A stretch of 63,666 nucleotides of DNA, filler included, from Thraustochytrium aureum (taxonomy: Eukaryota), in the NCBI GenBank assembly GCA_012862495.1. It is 11 parts of 9 records of this genome, joined end to end, with 100 filler letters (N's around TTAATTAATTAA, not from the genome) between each part and the next. Parts side by side here need not be neighbours in the genome. Positions count along the whole stretch, not along the records: positions 35,548 to 47,275 come from BLSG01000067.1; positions 47,376 to 49,674 come from BLSG01000068.1; 9 more parts are not named here. One strand, written 5' to 3'. This document shows positions 36,091 to 47,427 of the stretch, one piece after another. Position numbers and translations under genes: made by a program. The notes under the pieces are model-generated. The model ran no database searches, was not told the DNA's origin, and worked only from the letters and a program-made list of their open reading frames with translations. The number at the start of each line of letters is the position of its first letter. The stretch's first letter is position 1.

Positions 36091-36597
36091 CTAAAGGCCG
36101 CTTCGCACCGCCGCCGCCTGCTTGGGCTCGAACCGACGCTCGCGGGCGGCTGCGAGCCACGCCGGGCATATCGTGAGCCCCCAGCCCAACACCTTACCAC
36201 CCGCCGGCGCCTCCAAGGAAATTCGCCCCTCGCTAACAATGAGGCGCTCCTGGAACAGAGGAACGGCGATGCGGCCGCGCCCAGGTCCCGCACGCTCGAG
36301 CTCCAGCTGCCGCAGACCGTCGTCCACACAGGCAAGCTCGATCAGCTCTGGCTGGCTGCCGTGCTGTGCTGCAACCGCGCAGCCAACGTGCAGCGCCATG
36401 ACCACGTGCATGTCGCCCTGCGGCGAATGCGGCACGAAGCGCCGCCCGCGGCCATGCGCGAGCGAGGCGATGCGCAACGCGCTGCTAGGCCCGCCGCAGT
36501 AGCCAAAGTCCGGCTGGTACAGCTCGAACGGCAAGCCGCGCTCCCAGACGTCCATGCGAAACTCTTGCTCCCCGCCGGCAACGACGACGTCCGGGCA
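36091..36597 (-). CDS. mandelate racemase/muconate lactonizing-like enolase-superfamily enzyme (3' part; 5' part in gap)
   Basis: VAGGEQE, QPDFGYCGG, VPHSP, IELAC, GWGLTICPAWL. Confidence 0.82.
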   Translation of the reverse strand, partial: CPDVVVAGGEQEFRMDVWERGLPFELYQPDFGYCGGPSSALRIASLAHGRGRRFVPHSPQGDMHVVMALHVGCAVAAQHGSQPELIELACVDDGLRQLELERAGPGRGRIAVPLFQERLIVSEGRISLEAPAGGKVLGWGLTICPAWLAAARERRFEPKQAAAVRSGL

Positions 36598-37156
36598 NNN
36601 NNNNNNNNNNNNNNNNNNNNNNNNNNNNNNNNNNNNNNNNNNNNNNNNNNNNNNNNNNNNNNNNNNNNNNNNNNNNNNNNNNNNNNNNNNNNNNNNNNNN
36701 NNNNNNNNNNNNNNNNNNNNNNNNNNNNNNNNNNNNNNNNNNNNNNNNNNNNNNNNNNNNNNNNNNNNNNNNNNNNNNNNNNNNNNNNNNNNNNNNNNNN
36801 NNNNNNNNNNNNNNNNNNNNNNNNNNNNNNNNNNNNNNNNNNNNNNNNNNNNNNNNNNNNNNNNNNNNNNNNNNNNNNNNNNNNNNNNNNNNNNNNNNNN
36901 NNNNNNNNNNNNNNNNNNNNNNNNNNNNNNNNNNNNNNNNNNNNNNNNNNNNNNNNNNNNNNNNNNNNNNNNNNNNNNNNNNNNNNNNNNNNNNNNNNNN
37001 NNNNNNNNNNNNNNNNNNNNNNNNNNNNNNNNNNNNNNNNNNNNNNNNNNNNNNNNNNNNNNNNNNNNNNNNNNNNNNNNNNNNNNNNNNNNNNNNNNNN
37101 NNNNNNNNNNNNNNNNNNNNNNNNNNNNNNNNNNNNNNNNNNNNNNNNNNNNNNNN

Positions 37157-38429
37157 TCAGCGCGGTGGACCCTGATAAAGTGGATGAGTTCTTTGGCGGG
37201 CACGCTGGCGCGGGAGCCGTCGCGCTGCTGCTCAACTGGGGTCCCATCATGGGCATAGCCGTGGGCCCCGGCAGGCCTGGCTGCTGTCAAGGCCGCACGG
37301 GTTTCGGCTCGGGTGCGCGGTCGGCATCGCGCTGTGCGCCGCTGCGAGCGCCCTGCGCCTCCTTCCAGCGCTCTGCTCGACGGCGTGGCGCCACTCGTGG
37401 GCTGGCCTGGCGAGCGCGCACCTGGCGCAGCTCCTCAACGCTGCGGCCGGGCCCTTGTGCATGGGCACCACCTCGCGGCTTAGCAAGCTCTGGTTTCCGG
37501 AGCGCGAGCGCACGTTCGCGACCGCGGTGGCAATAACGAGCAACACGCTCGGCAGCAACGCAGCCTTCCTGCTTGGGCCGTACTTGGTGCCGACCGCCGA
37601 GAGCCTGCCCGCGCTCTTTTGGCTCGAGGCGGCGCTCTCCGCGGCCTCGCTCGCAACGCTGCTGTGGTGGCCGGCAAGCGAGCTCGATGTCCGCCAGCCG
37701 GACCCTGCCGCCCCGCCCGGGCTCGACGAGCCGCTCCTGTCTGAGGGTTTGGAGCGCGACGAGGACGTCGCTGCGCCGCCCTGCGGCGTGGTTCAGCCCG
37801 AGCTCGTGCGAGATGGGCAACCCCCCGCTGACGCCGACCAGGCCTCCTTCAGCGCTGGGCTCCGCAAGCTGACAGAAAAGGACTTTGCGATAACCGTCAT
37901 TTCCGGCGGAGCGCTGAGCGGCGTCGCCACGGCGTGGGTGAGCCAGTACCAGTCCATCCTGAAGGGTCGTTTCTCCGAGACCGCGATAGGGTGGTTTGGC
38001 TTTGCCAACGGCATGGCTTCTATCGCAGGCTCGCTCCTGATGGGGATCGGGTCGGCGCGCCACCGCCTCCGCACCGAGATATTGGTCGGCCTCGGGGCGC
38101 TCCTCATCACCGTTGTGCTCTTTGCTGGGCTCCTGGGGTACCTTGGCCCTCTGCGCCACCCGGCGCACCTCTTGCCTGTTCTCGGCGCGGTCATCGCCTC
38201 TGGGGCGGCCTTTGGCGCCGCGCTGCCCCTGTTCTACGAGCTCTGCTCCATGCTCATTGCGCCCGTGAACGAGGGCACCTCGGTGGGCTTGCTCGTTCTT
38301 GTGATCAACGTGACAGCGTTCGTCTCTATCGCGGTGTCGCCTTCGCTCGACCCAGAGTGGGTCACGCTTGTGTACATTGGCGCTATTGCGGTAATTGGGA
38401 TGGCCATGATGGCGGTGCGGCAGCCTTAA
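37157..38429 (+). CDS. MFS transporter, SLC49/FLVCR/DIRC2-like (5' in gap, frameshifts)
   Basis: LLLNWGPI, HLAQLLNAAAGP, LSKLWFPERERTFATAVA, AFLLGPYLV, PLFYELCS..PVNEG. Confidence 0.83.
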
Positions 38430-39040
38430 AGCCGGTCTGCTAGCCACGCCATTCTCTGCGTCTGGCTTGGCCGGGCGCTGGGGGCGGTCTCGCTATCTGC
38501 GCGTTCTGCCGTTCTCCGTGTTTGTCTCTTGGGCGGTTTATCTTTTGACCTGCACGTGATCGATCATCTACAAGTTTGTCACGGATGACTCGTGTCAGCG
38601 TCGCAAGCCTGCTTGCCACCCGTCAAATTTGCGTCATCTGGGCGCCTTGTTGGATTTGCCGCAGGCTACCAGCCCCCATGGGGCTGGGCTGGTCTTGGTC
38701 GTCTCGTCTCCAGCGTGCAGCCGCCGTCGCGCAGCGAGACGTCCCGGTCGGAGCTGCCTGGCCGAACGAGGTTTGCGGTGCCATTTCCGTCAACGTTTTG
38801 GAGGCCGCGCCGTCAAGGCCGTCCGTCTCGGAATCCAAAGCGTCCTTGGGCGGGGCGCAGCTACGCACCAAGCACGCTTTGTCTACGTGGGAAGAGCAGG
38901 CTTCTGCCGCGCGCAGAGGTGTCCCGTTCCAGGATGGTGCGCAAGGCAAAACCCCCAGCAACACCATGGATGGATCAAGAACAATGCCATTACGCTTTCT
39001 ACCTCTCCAACTCCTACCCCGCCCTCTCGCCCCCCGAGCC

Positions 39041-41499
39041 TCACTGGCCCGACAGCCGCGCCTCGGCAGCCTTTGCAGCCAGCTCGCGGCGGTGCCTCTG
39101 CAGGCACGGCGCGGAGCAGTAGAAATAGTCGAGGCGCCGAAACCAGTCAGAAGACTTGCCCAAGAGTTTCTTGCCGCACGACTGGCAGGCCTCGGCGGCG
39201 GCGAGGATGGCCGCATCCTCCTCGGCCTTTTTCTGCAGCTCTTGCTCACGCGTCTCGGCCTCTTTCTGCTTGGCGAGCTTTCGGCGCTCGGCCTGTCGCT
39301 TCTTCCTCTCGCGCGCCTTGGCCTTTTTTCTGCCTCTGCGTCGTCCGTGATCGGGCTCGGGATGAGCGCCTTGGCGTAGTCCCACTGGTCCGGATGCTCG
39401 CCGTAGTAAACTCTGAATGCGTCGCGAGTTGGCTTTGAGTCCGTCGCGCACTGGTAGGGGCGTCGCCCGCGCAAGTCGATCACGGTCGGGTCCGCGCCAG
39501 CGTCCATTAGTGCGGAAACGACGGCCGCGCGCCCGTTGAGGGACGCCACATGCAGAGCCGTGCACCCCTCGTGAACGCTAGGCTCAAACACAAGTCCGGG
39601 CTAGCTTGTACGAGCGCCACCACCGCGTCCGCGTCGCCAGCTGCACATGCATTAAGCAGAGCGGTGAGTTCCGGGCTGTCCTCCGGCGCGGGCGGCGCAT
39701 CNNNNNNNNNNNNNNNNNNNNNNNNNNNNNNNNNNNNNNNNNNNNNNNNNNNNNNNNNNNNNNNNNNNNNNNNNNNNNNNNNNNNNNNNNNNNNNNNNNN
39801 NNNNNNNNNNNNNNNNNNNNNNNNNNNNNNNNNNNNNNNNNNNNNNNNNNNNNNNNNNNNNNNNNNNNNNNNNNNNNNNNNNNNNNNNNNNNNNNNNNNN
39901 NNNNNNNNNNNNNNNNNNNNNNNNNNNNNNNNNNNNNNNNNNNNNNNNNNNNNNNNNNNNNNNNNNNNNNNNNNNNNNNNNNNNNNNNNNNNNNNNNNNN
40001 NNNNNNNNNNNNNNNNNNNNNNNNNNNNNNNNNNNNNNNNNNNNNNNNNNNNNNNNNNNNNNNNNNNNNNNNNNNNNNNNNNNNNNNNNNNNNNNNNNNN
40101 NNNNNNNNNNNNNNNNNNNNNNNNNNNNNNNNNNNNNNNNNNNNNNNNNNNNNNNNNNNNNNNNNNNNNNNNNNNNNNNNNNNNNNNNNNNNNNNNNNNN
40201 NNNNNNNNNNNNNNNNNNNNNNNNNNNNNNNNNNNNNNNNNNNNNNNNNNNNNNNNNNNNNNNNNNNNNNNNNNNNNNNNNNNNNNNNNNNNNNNNNNNN
40301 NNNNNNNNNNNNNNNNNNNNNNNNNNNNNNNNNNNNNNNNNNNNNNNNNNNNNNNNNNNNNNNNNNNNNNNNNNNNNNNNNNNNNNNNNNNNNNNNNNNN
40401 NNNNNNNNNNNNNNNNNNNNNNNNNNNNNNNNNNNNNNNNNNNNNNNNNNNNNNNNNNNNNNNNNNNNNNNNNNNNNNNNNNNNNNNNNNNNNNNNNNNN
40501 NNNNNNNNNNNNNNNNNNNNNNNNNNNNNNNNNNNNNNNNNNNNNNNNNNNNNNNNNNNNNNNNNNNNNNNNNNNNNNNNNNNNNNNNNNNNNNNNNNNN
40601 NNNNNNNNNNNNNNNNNNNNNCAAGTGCGCGGACCAGCTGGCCAGCAGCTTGGCGATCTCCTCGCGCAGCATGCGCTCGTTGTAGCGGCGAATCTGGGCG
40701 CCAGCGCTCTCGGCCTTCCCGTTGCTCTGGTCGTTGGCGCTCTGGCTCTTGCCCTGCTTTTTCCGGACAACGTACCGGTGGAACGACTTGGAGGCGATCA
40801 CCTTGCGGCCCTGGTCGAGCACGACGCCGGCAAAGTGGCCCGCCCCGTGCAGGAGGACCACCCACAGGCTGCTCGCTTTGAGCGCGGCCAAGTCGAGCTC
40901 GTCCTGCGCGGCGTCCATCACCACGGCCTTTGGGGCCCAGGCGATGTCGCCGTCCTTGATCTTGAGGCCAACGTACATGCTCTTTTGGTGCGCCACGAAC
41001 GCCCGCGTCGACCCGTCCCCTTCCCCCTCGTCTTCTTCGGACTCGTCCGACCCGCTCAGGCTCTCTGCGTCCTCGTCATCGCCAGCGCGCGCCAGGATCT
41101 CCTCGGCCTCTGCCTCGCCCACGCTGGGCTTGCCGGCTGCGCGCCGCTTCAGGTTGAGCCTGTGCAGGTCCGTCTTGAAGTGCCCTCTCTGTTCGGCAAC
41201 GTCCTCGAACGCCAGCCCGCACGTGGCGCATGCAGCGCGCCCGATCGCCTCGGCCAGCGCGCCGCTCGCAGCGGCCGCACCATCCCCCGGTGTCCCATCG
41301 TGGGCTCCGCATCGGCATCGCGCACAGCAAACCGATCCGCGTCCATCTGTCCTCGCTCCAGCGCGAGCTCGTCCACCTCCTGGACCTTGTCGTCCACCTC
41401 CCCAACAGCGGCCAGCACCTCGAACAAACTCGCCAGCCTGAACCCGCGCCTCGCACTGCCAGCCACGCTGCTACTTGTGCTGCTGCTGCTCATCATCAT
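39041..41499 (-). CDS. ANKZF1: ANKZF1/Vms1 (zinc finger, VLRF1 tRNA endonuclease domain, ankyrin repeats), gapped and frameshifted
   Basis: CATCG..HFKTDLHRLNLKR; GHFAG..KSFHRYVVRKKQGKSQS..SAGAQIRRYNE; TALHVAS..GADPT; WDYAKALIPSP; C-terminal CQSCG..YCSAPC. Confidence 0.93.
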
Positions 41500-42416
41500 C
41501 GTCTGCTGCTGCTGCCGCTGCTGNNNNNNNNNNNNNNNNNNNNNNNNNNNNNNNNNNNNNNNNNNNNNNNNNNNNNNNNNNNNNNNNNNNNNNNNNNNNN
41601 NNNNNNNNNNNNNNNNNNNNNNNNNNNNNNNNNNNNNNNNNNNNNNNNNNNNNNNNNNNNNNNNNNNNNNNNNNNNNNNNNNNNNNNNNNNNNNNNNNNN
41701 NNNNNNNNNNNNNNNNNNNNNNNNNNNNNNNNNNNNNNNNNNNNNNNNNNNNNNNNNNNNNNNNNNNNNNNNNNNNNNNNNNNNNNNNNNNNNNNNNNNN
41801 NNNNNNNNNNNNNNNNNNNNNNNNNNNNNNNNNNNNNNNNNNNNNNNNNNNNNNNNNNNNNNNNNNNNNNNNNNNNNNNNNNNNNNNNNNNNNNNNNNNN
41901 NNNNNNNNNNNNNNNNNNNNNNNNNNNNNNNNNNNNNNNNNNNNNNNNNNNNNNNNNNNNNNNNNNNNNNNNNNNNNNNNNNNNNNNNNNNNNNNNNNNN
42001 NNNNNNNNNNNNNNNNNNNNNNNNNNNNNNNNNNNNNNNNNNNNNNNNNNNNNNNNNNNNNNNNNNNNNNNNNNNNNNNNNNNNNNNNNNNNNNNNNNNN
42101 NNNNNNNNNNNNNNNNNNNNNNNNNNNNNNNNNNNNNNNNNNNNNNNNNNNNNNNNNNNNNNNNNNNNNNNNNNNNNNNNNNNNNNNNNNNNNNNNNNNN
42201 NNNNNNNNNNNNNNNNNNNNNNNNNNNNNNNNNNNNNNNNNNNNNNNNNNNNNNNNNNNNNNNNNNNNNNNNNNNNNNNNNNNNNNNNNNNNNNNNNNNN
42301 NNNNNNNNNNNNNNNNNNNNNNNNNNNNNNNNNNNNNNNNNNNNNNNNNNNNNNNNNNNNNNNNNNNNNNNNNNNNNNNNNNNNNNNNNNNNNNNNNNNN
42401 NNNNNNNNNNNNNNNN

Positions 42417-42737
42417 GAGGGCGAGGCCGGGTATGGCGTGGCGGCGGCGTGTCTGGACGCGGTATGCGCGAACGCGGTCGTGTGGGCCTCCGGGCTGGCG
42501 TTCACGGTGGCGACGCTCGAGCAGAAATGCAGCTTTGTGGAGCCGGTGCCTGTGGGGGTGCCGCTGTTTGCTGTGGCGGAGGTGCTGCGGATGGGCAGCA
42601 GGTTTGCGTTCCTGGAGGCCAAGCTCAGGCTGGGCAGCGCGACGGGCCAGGTCGTCGCGACGTGCTCGCAGGTCAACTCGTTGCTGCCGCTGCCGCGCAG
42701 CTCCAACGCGAAGCAGCACGTTCCAGCCAGGCTGTGA
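42417..42737 (+). CDS. PaaI/hotdog-fold thioesterase (3' part)
   Basis: GYGVAAACLD, TLEQKCSFVEPVPVG, AEVLRMGSRFAFLEA, GQVVA. Confidence 0.75.
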   Translation, partial: EGEAGYGVAAACLDAVCANAVVWASGLAFTVATLEQKCSFVEPVPVGVPLFAVAEVLRMGSRFAFLEAKLRLGSATGQVVATCSQVNSLLPLPRSSNAKQHVPARL

Positions 42738-42821
42738 CTTGGCGCGAAGAAGACACTGCCCCAGCGCCCGCGCTGGCGCTGAGTGAGTCGACGAGTCAGA
42801 GAAGGCAAAAAAAATGGAGAG

Positions 42822-43514
42822 CTAGTTTTGCGGGAACTCGGCGTTTTGCACCTGCGTAATGCCGACGATGAGGCCGAAGATACCCAGAGCAGAGCCGAAA
42901 ATCTCAACGATGAGCACCTTGACGAAGAGGCCCGGGTCTGCGGCGTCGGCGAGCGCCGTGCCGCTGCCGCTGATGCCGATTGCAATGCCCGAGGCCAGGT
43001 TGGTGAAGCCGACCGTAAAACCAGCCCAGAAGATGGCGTAGCCACTGTAGAAGATCATGGCGCACTTGTTGGTCACCGAATCGCTCGACTCGGGCAGCGG
43101 GTGCACCTTTCCAGCAAGGATGATCGCGATGATCACTCCGAAGATGGCCGTGGCTTCAGCGAAGATAATGCTCACGAGGTTTTTCGACTTGATGCGCGGC
43201 GCCTTTACGGCGGCGCCGACGAGCGTGCTGCCGGTCAGCCAGACGCCCCAGGCGGCACCGAGCACCGACAGGCCAAGGCTCATGGCGATTCCCAGGTTGG
43301 CGTACGCGAACGGCGAGATGTTGAGGAAGATGTCGGGCCAGTCTGCACCGGGCACCCGTCAGACACCGCAATCAGCCGCTGCCGGTCCACCATCAACCGA
43401 CCATGACTTACCACCGCCCTCGCCATCCTTGTACCAGGTATCGGGCGTGTTGCTGGTGCCCGCGCAGACATCGCCCACGAAGTGCCCGCCGCCGGCCCGT
43501 CCAAAGAGCGACAT
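42822..43514 (-). CDS. ATP6V0B: V-type ATPase proteolipid subunit c'' (Vma16); exons 43514-43412 and 43342-42822
   Basis: LSVLGAAWG, APRIKSKNLVSIIFAEATAIFG, LFVKVLIVEIFGSALGIFGLIVG. 69-bp intron GTAAGT..TGCAG at 43411-43343 contains an in-frame stop. Confidence 0.95.
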
Positions 43515-44694
43515 TCCTGCCCGCACCCAACTCAACACCGCCCTCGCTCCTAGCGTCACCAGTCAGCCTACGCTCTGCCGCGCCCGGCGCTCTCTGCGCG
43601 AACCTTCCGCGCGCCACCCCAAGCCCGCTCAGCGCCCGCGGGCGTCTGCTACAGGGGGCTGGCCACAACACGAGCAAGGGGACGACGCACATCCCGCCCG
43701 CTCCATGCCAGCGCTCAAAAAAAACAGCGAGCGAGCTGTTCCATCTTCTCGACACTTACAGTCCTCGTCGCCTGCTCGTTCACCGCGCGCGCGCTCCCTC
43801 CGCTCCCTCCGCCTGGTCGCCCGCAGCAGCCTCCGTTGCGCGTCTGCTGCTGCTGCTGCTGCTGCACGCGGCCTTGCACACAGTCTGCGTCACCTAGGAC
43901 CCATTGTCACGTTGTGCTCTGACGCGGCGCTCGTCACTGTGGGGCCGCGGTCAGACCTGACCCGACCTAACCCAGCGCGGGCGATCGTCGGATGCACGTC
44001 ACGCGGGGGTATCTAAAGGACGAGTCGGCCGCGTCGCTCACCGCACGTCACTTCCCCCTGTAGGTGACGCATTGTCGTGTCGGCCTCGCGCCGCGCACGT
44101 CACTTTACCCTTTGTGTGACGTACCCCGTCTTGGCCGCGCGTCACAGCCGACGCGAGCGCCGCAGCTTACCCGTCACGACGATCCCCAATGTGACGAGAC
44201 TCGTCAGGTTAGGGCGTGGCCGCCTTCGGTTAGGCTGCCCAACGGCCACTTCACGAGTGACGTCACGACCGAGCGTGAGGTGCGAAGATGGCGTAATGGC
44301 GCGAGGCGACTCGTGCGGGGCAGCAGACGCGCATCCAGCGAAGGCGCGCNNNNNNNNNNNNNNNNNNNNNNNNNNNNNNNNNNNNNNNNNNNNNNNNNNN
44401 NNNNNNNNNNNNNNNNNNNNNNNNNNNNNNNNNNNNNNNNNNNNNNNNNNNNNNNNNNNNNNNNNNNNNNNNNNNNNNNNNNNNNNNNNNNNNNNNNNNN
44501 NNNNNNNNNNNNNNNNNNNNNNNNNNNNNNNNNNNNNNNNNNNNNNNNNNNNNNNNNNNNNNNNNNNNNNNNNNNNNNNNNNNNNNNNNNNNNNNNNNNN
44601 NNNNNNNNNNNNNNNNNNNNNNNNNNNNNNNNNNNNNCTGGCCTGGCCGGCGGCGCGGCGCGCGGGGCGCGCGCCTGCTGGGACTGGGCATAGA

Positions 44695-47275
44695 ATGGAT
44701 CAAGTGAGGGGCGTTCTGTCAAGTCGCACGTCGCTGCCCCGTTTCAGGCCGGCCTCCACGAGGCTGACCACCAACGTGATCCGGAACGTCGAGGTTTCAA
44801 CCCGGTTCAAGCCAAAAGAAATTCGCAAGCTGCACCAGCAGTTCCTGGCGATAGCAGACCGCAACGGGTTCCTGGGCCCCGATGGGTTCCGCCAGAGCAT
44901 GGGCATCCTGGGCATGGTGCAAGACTCGATTTTGTGCCAGCGGCTGTTTTCCGTGTTCAACGAAAGCCAGTCCGGCCAAATCACCTTTGAAGAGTTCGCC
45001 AAGGGGCTGGGCGTCCTGGTGAAAGGGTCTGTGGACGAAAAGCTGACGTTTGCATTTGCGATGACAGACATTGATGGCTCGGGCGAGATCACGCCCGAGG
45101 AACTCGAGATCACCGTGGACTCGATCATGCGCATCTACTCGGGCATCATGGGCTCTGTCAACACGGCCGCGCTGGATCGGTCCAAAATCCGCAAGATGTT
45201 CAACCAGCTCGACCGCAACCACGACGGCTACATCACGCTGGAAGAGTACAAGCGCGGGATGAAGCAGCACCCCGAGTTTGTTGCCAGCTTGCGCGGGCAG
45301 GACCTCTTCTCTGTTGGCATGGAGTCGGTCATAAAGGACGAACGCCGACGCGTGCGCCGCTACAAGCGCGTGGCCAGGAGCGTCATTGCCGACGTCACCG
45401 AGAGCCTCGCGCTGCTCGACGCAATTCTGCAAAGCCCGCGCTTGGACGACCCGGGCCTGGGTTTCGCCTCAAGCACCGCTGGCGAGGCCGTCGCCGCCTC
45501 CTCGCATGCCCGTGGATCTGCACTACGGCCAACGGCCCAGGGGGTACCTGCCGCCGCCATCGCCTCCGTGGGTCCGCAGAGCAAGGGCTCGTCGCCCGCG
45601 CAAGCCCAACCCAAGTACGCCCATGAGCCACCCCGGGGCCGCGAGTTGGCTGCAGCAGCAGCCGCCGCTGTAATAAAGGCGTCCGCTGATCTAGACGAAC
45701 AAGACGGGTACGACAGCGAGGACACCATAACGTCGTCTGATCTATGGGCCGAAGACGACGCCACAAGCGATGAGAGCGGCAACCTCGACCGAAGGCGCCA
45801 GAATGACGAGCGCCCTTGCAACTGCCTCGGCAGCGGCGAATGCGATTCCTTCGCGCCGCGTCTCGAGCCGCCGTCGCCGCCCCGCCGCTGCCCGGGCAGA
45901 TCGGGCCGTCGCTCAGCAATCCGCGCCTGCACATATCTGTCTCGAGCGTTTCCTTGGCATCAAGCGAGCCGCCGCGGCCGGCCGCGGTCTGCGGCCCGCT
46001 CGCAGGCAGGGATCTGGTCTCCATGGAGGAGCGCCTAATCACTTTTGCTTTACACGATCCGAACGAAAGCGCAGACAGTCGTGGACGACGGCTCGGCGTT
46101 GCGGCGCACAGCGGCAGCCGCCGCCGCCGCCGCCGCCGCTGGCGAGAGCTCGGCGCCCTCTACTTCCGGGTGCCGCCGCCGGGAGGGCGCCAGCTGCGAG
46201 CACCGCCGCCAGCATTGCAAGCGCAGTTCCGGGGAACAAGGACGCCGCCGCCCCTGGCTCGCCGGGCTCGGCAGGCTCGCCGTCGGTCCGCTCCGCGCCC
46301 ACCAATGGGACGTGCGAGCCGGACTCGCCTCGCCAGGCCCAGAGCATCGGCGGAGACGGCGCCGGGGGCCGGCCCAAGGCCGACTCGCGGATCAACCTCC
46401 AGTTCTCTGTAGACCAGGACTTTATCATGGACAGCCTCCTCAACAGTCCAAGCAACAAGGCGACAAACTTGGGCGGCCCCGGTGTGGACCCCGGCGCCGG
46501 GGCGAAGACGGGGCTGCCCTCGGCAGGTACCTGACTTCGGCTAGCAAGGGGTCGACCGTGTTTTTCGGGCACCGGAACTGGGACCTCGTCATCAACGTGA
46601 TGAAGGGGATCCAGATGGCCGTGGGGCGGTCTGCCGCCGAGGCCAGCCGGACACTCAACGTCTCCGACTTTAACATCAAGGAAAAGTACACGCTTGTGGC
46701 GGGCGCCAAGACGCAGCAGCGGCACAGCCACCGCGGCGGGGCGGGGCTGAAGGACATTGACTCGGACCGGTCCGGGCGGTCGTGCCGCTTCGTGGACTAT
46801 GCTCCGCTGGTCTTTGCCAAGCTGCGCGAGCACTTTGGCATCCGCAACGAGGAGTACGTGCACTCGATCGGGCCCGGCAACATGCTGAGCAACCTAATGC
46901 TCGGTAGCCTCTCGTCGCTCGCAGAGCTGGGCTCGGAGGGCAAGTCTGGGAGCTTTTTCTACTTTACGAGCGACGGCATGTTTATGGTCAAGACGGTGCA
47001 CAAAGAGGAGCACAAGCTGCTGCGCAGCATCCTCCCGCAGTACTATTACCACATGACCGCAGGGCCGGACTCGCTTTTGTGCCGCATCGTGGGCTGCCAC
47101 GTGTTGCGGCTCAGCAAAAACTCCAAGATCGGCGCGAATAAGATCTACTTTATGGTCATGCAGAACGTGCTCAACACCGACTTGGAGCTGAACCGGCGCT
47201 ACGACCTCAAGGGAAGTTGGGTGGGGCGCAAGTCCAGCGACGAGGCCCGCAACAGCACAAAGTCCACGCTCAAGG
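44695..47275 (+). CDS. EF-hand (NCS/calcineurin B-like) domain fused to PIP 5-kinase, several frameshifts in the linker, 3'-truncated
   Basis: EF loops NESQSGQITFEE, DIDGSGEITPEE, DRNHDGYITLEE; PIPK motifs GHRNWDLVINVMKGI, DYAPLVFAKLREHFGI, EGKSGSFFY, MVKTV, YDLKGS. Confidence 0.85.
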
Positions 47276-47427
47276 NNNNNNNNNNNNNNNNNNNNNNNNN
47301 NNNNNNNNNNNNNNNNNNNTTAATTAATTAANNNNNNNNNNNNNNNNNNNNNNNNNNNNNNNNNNNNNNNNNNNNCAACAAGCAGCAACAACCAAGACAC
47401 AAATCGAGCATTGTACCTTGCCTGAAA

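Noticed and set aside
36091..37290. Single ORF spanning the gap for the enolase-family enzyme
   Set aside because: Sequence at 37157-37290 encodes the MFS N-terminal part (LLLNWGPI) on the + strand; the joined ORF is a product of reading through Ns.
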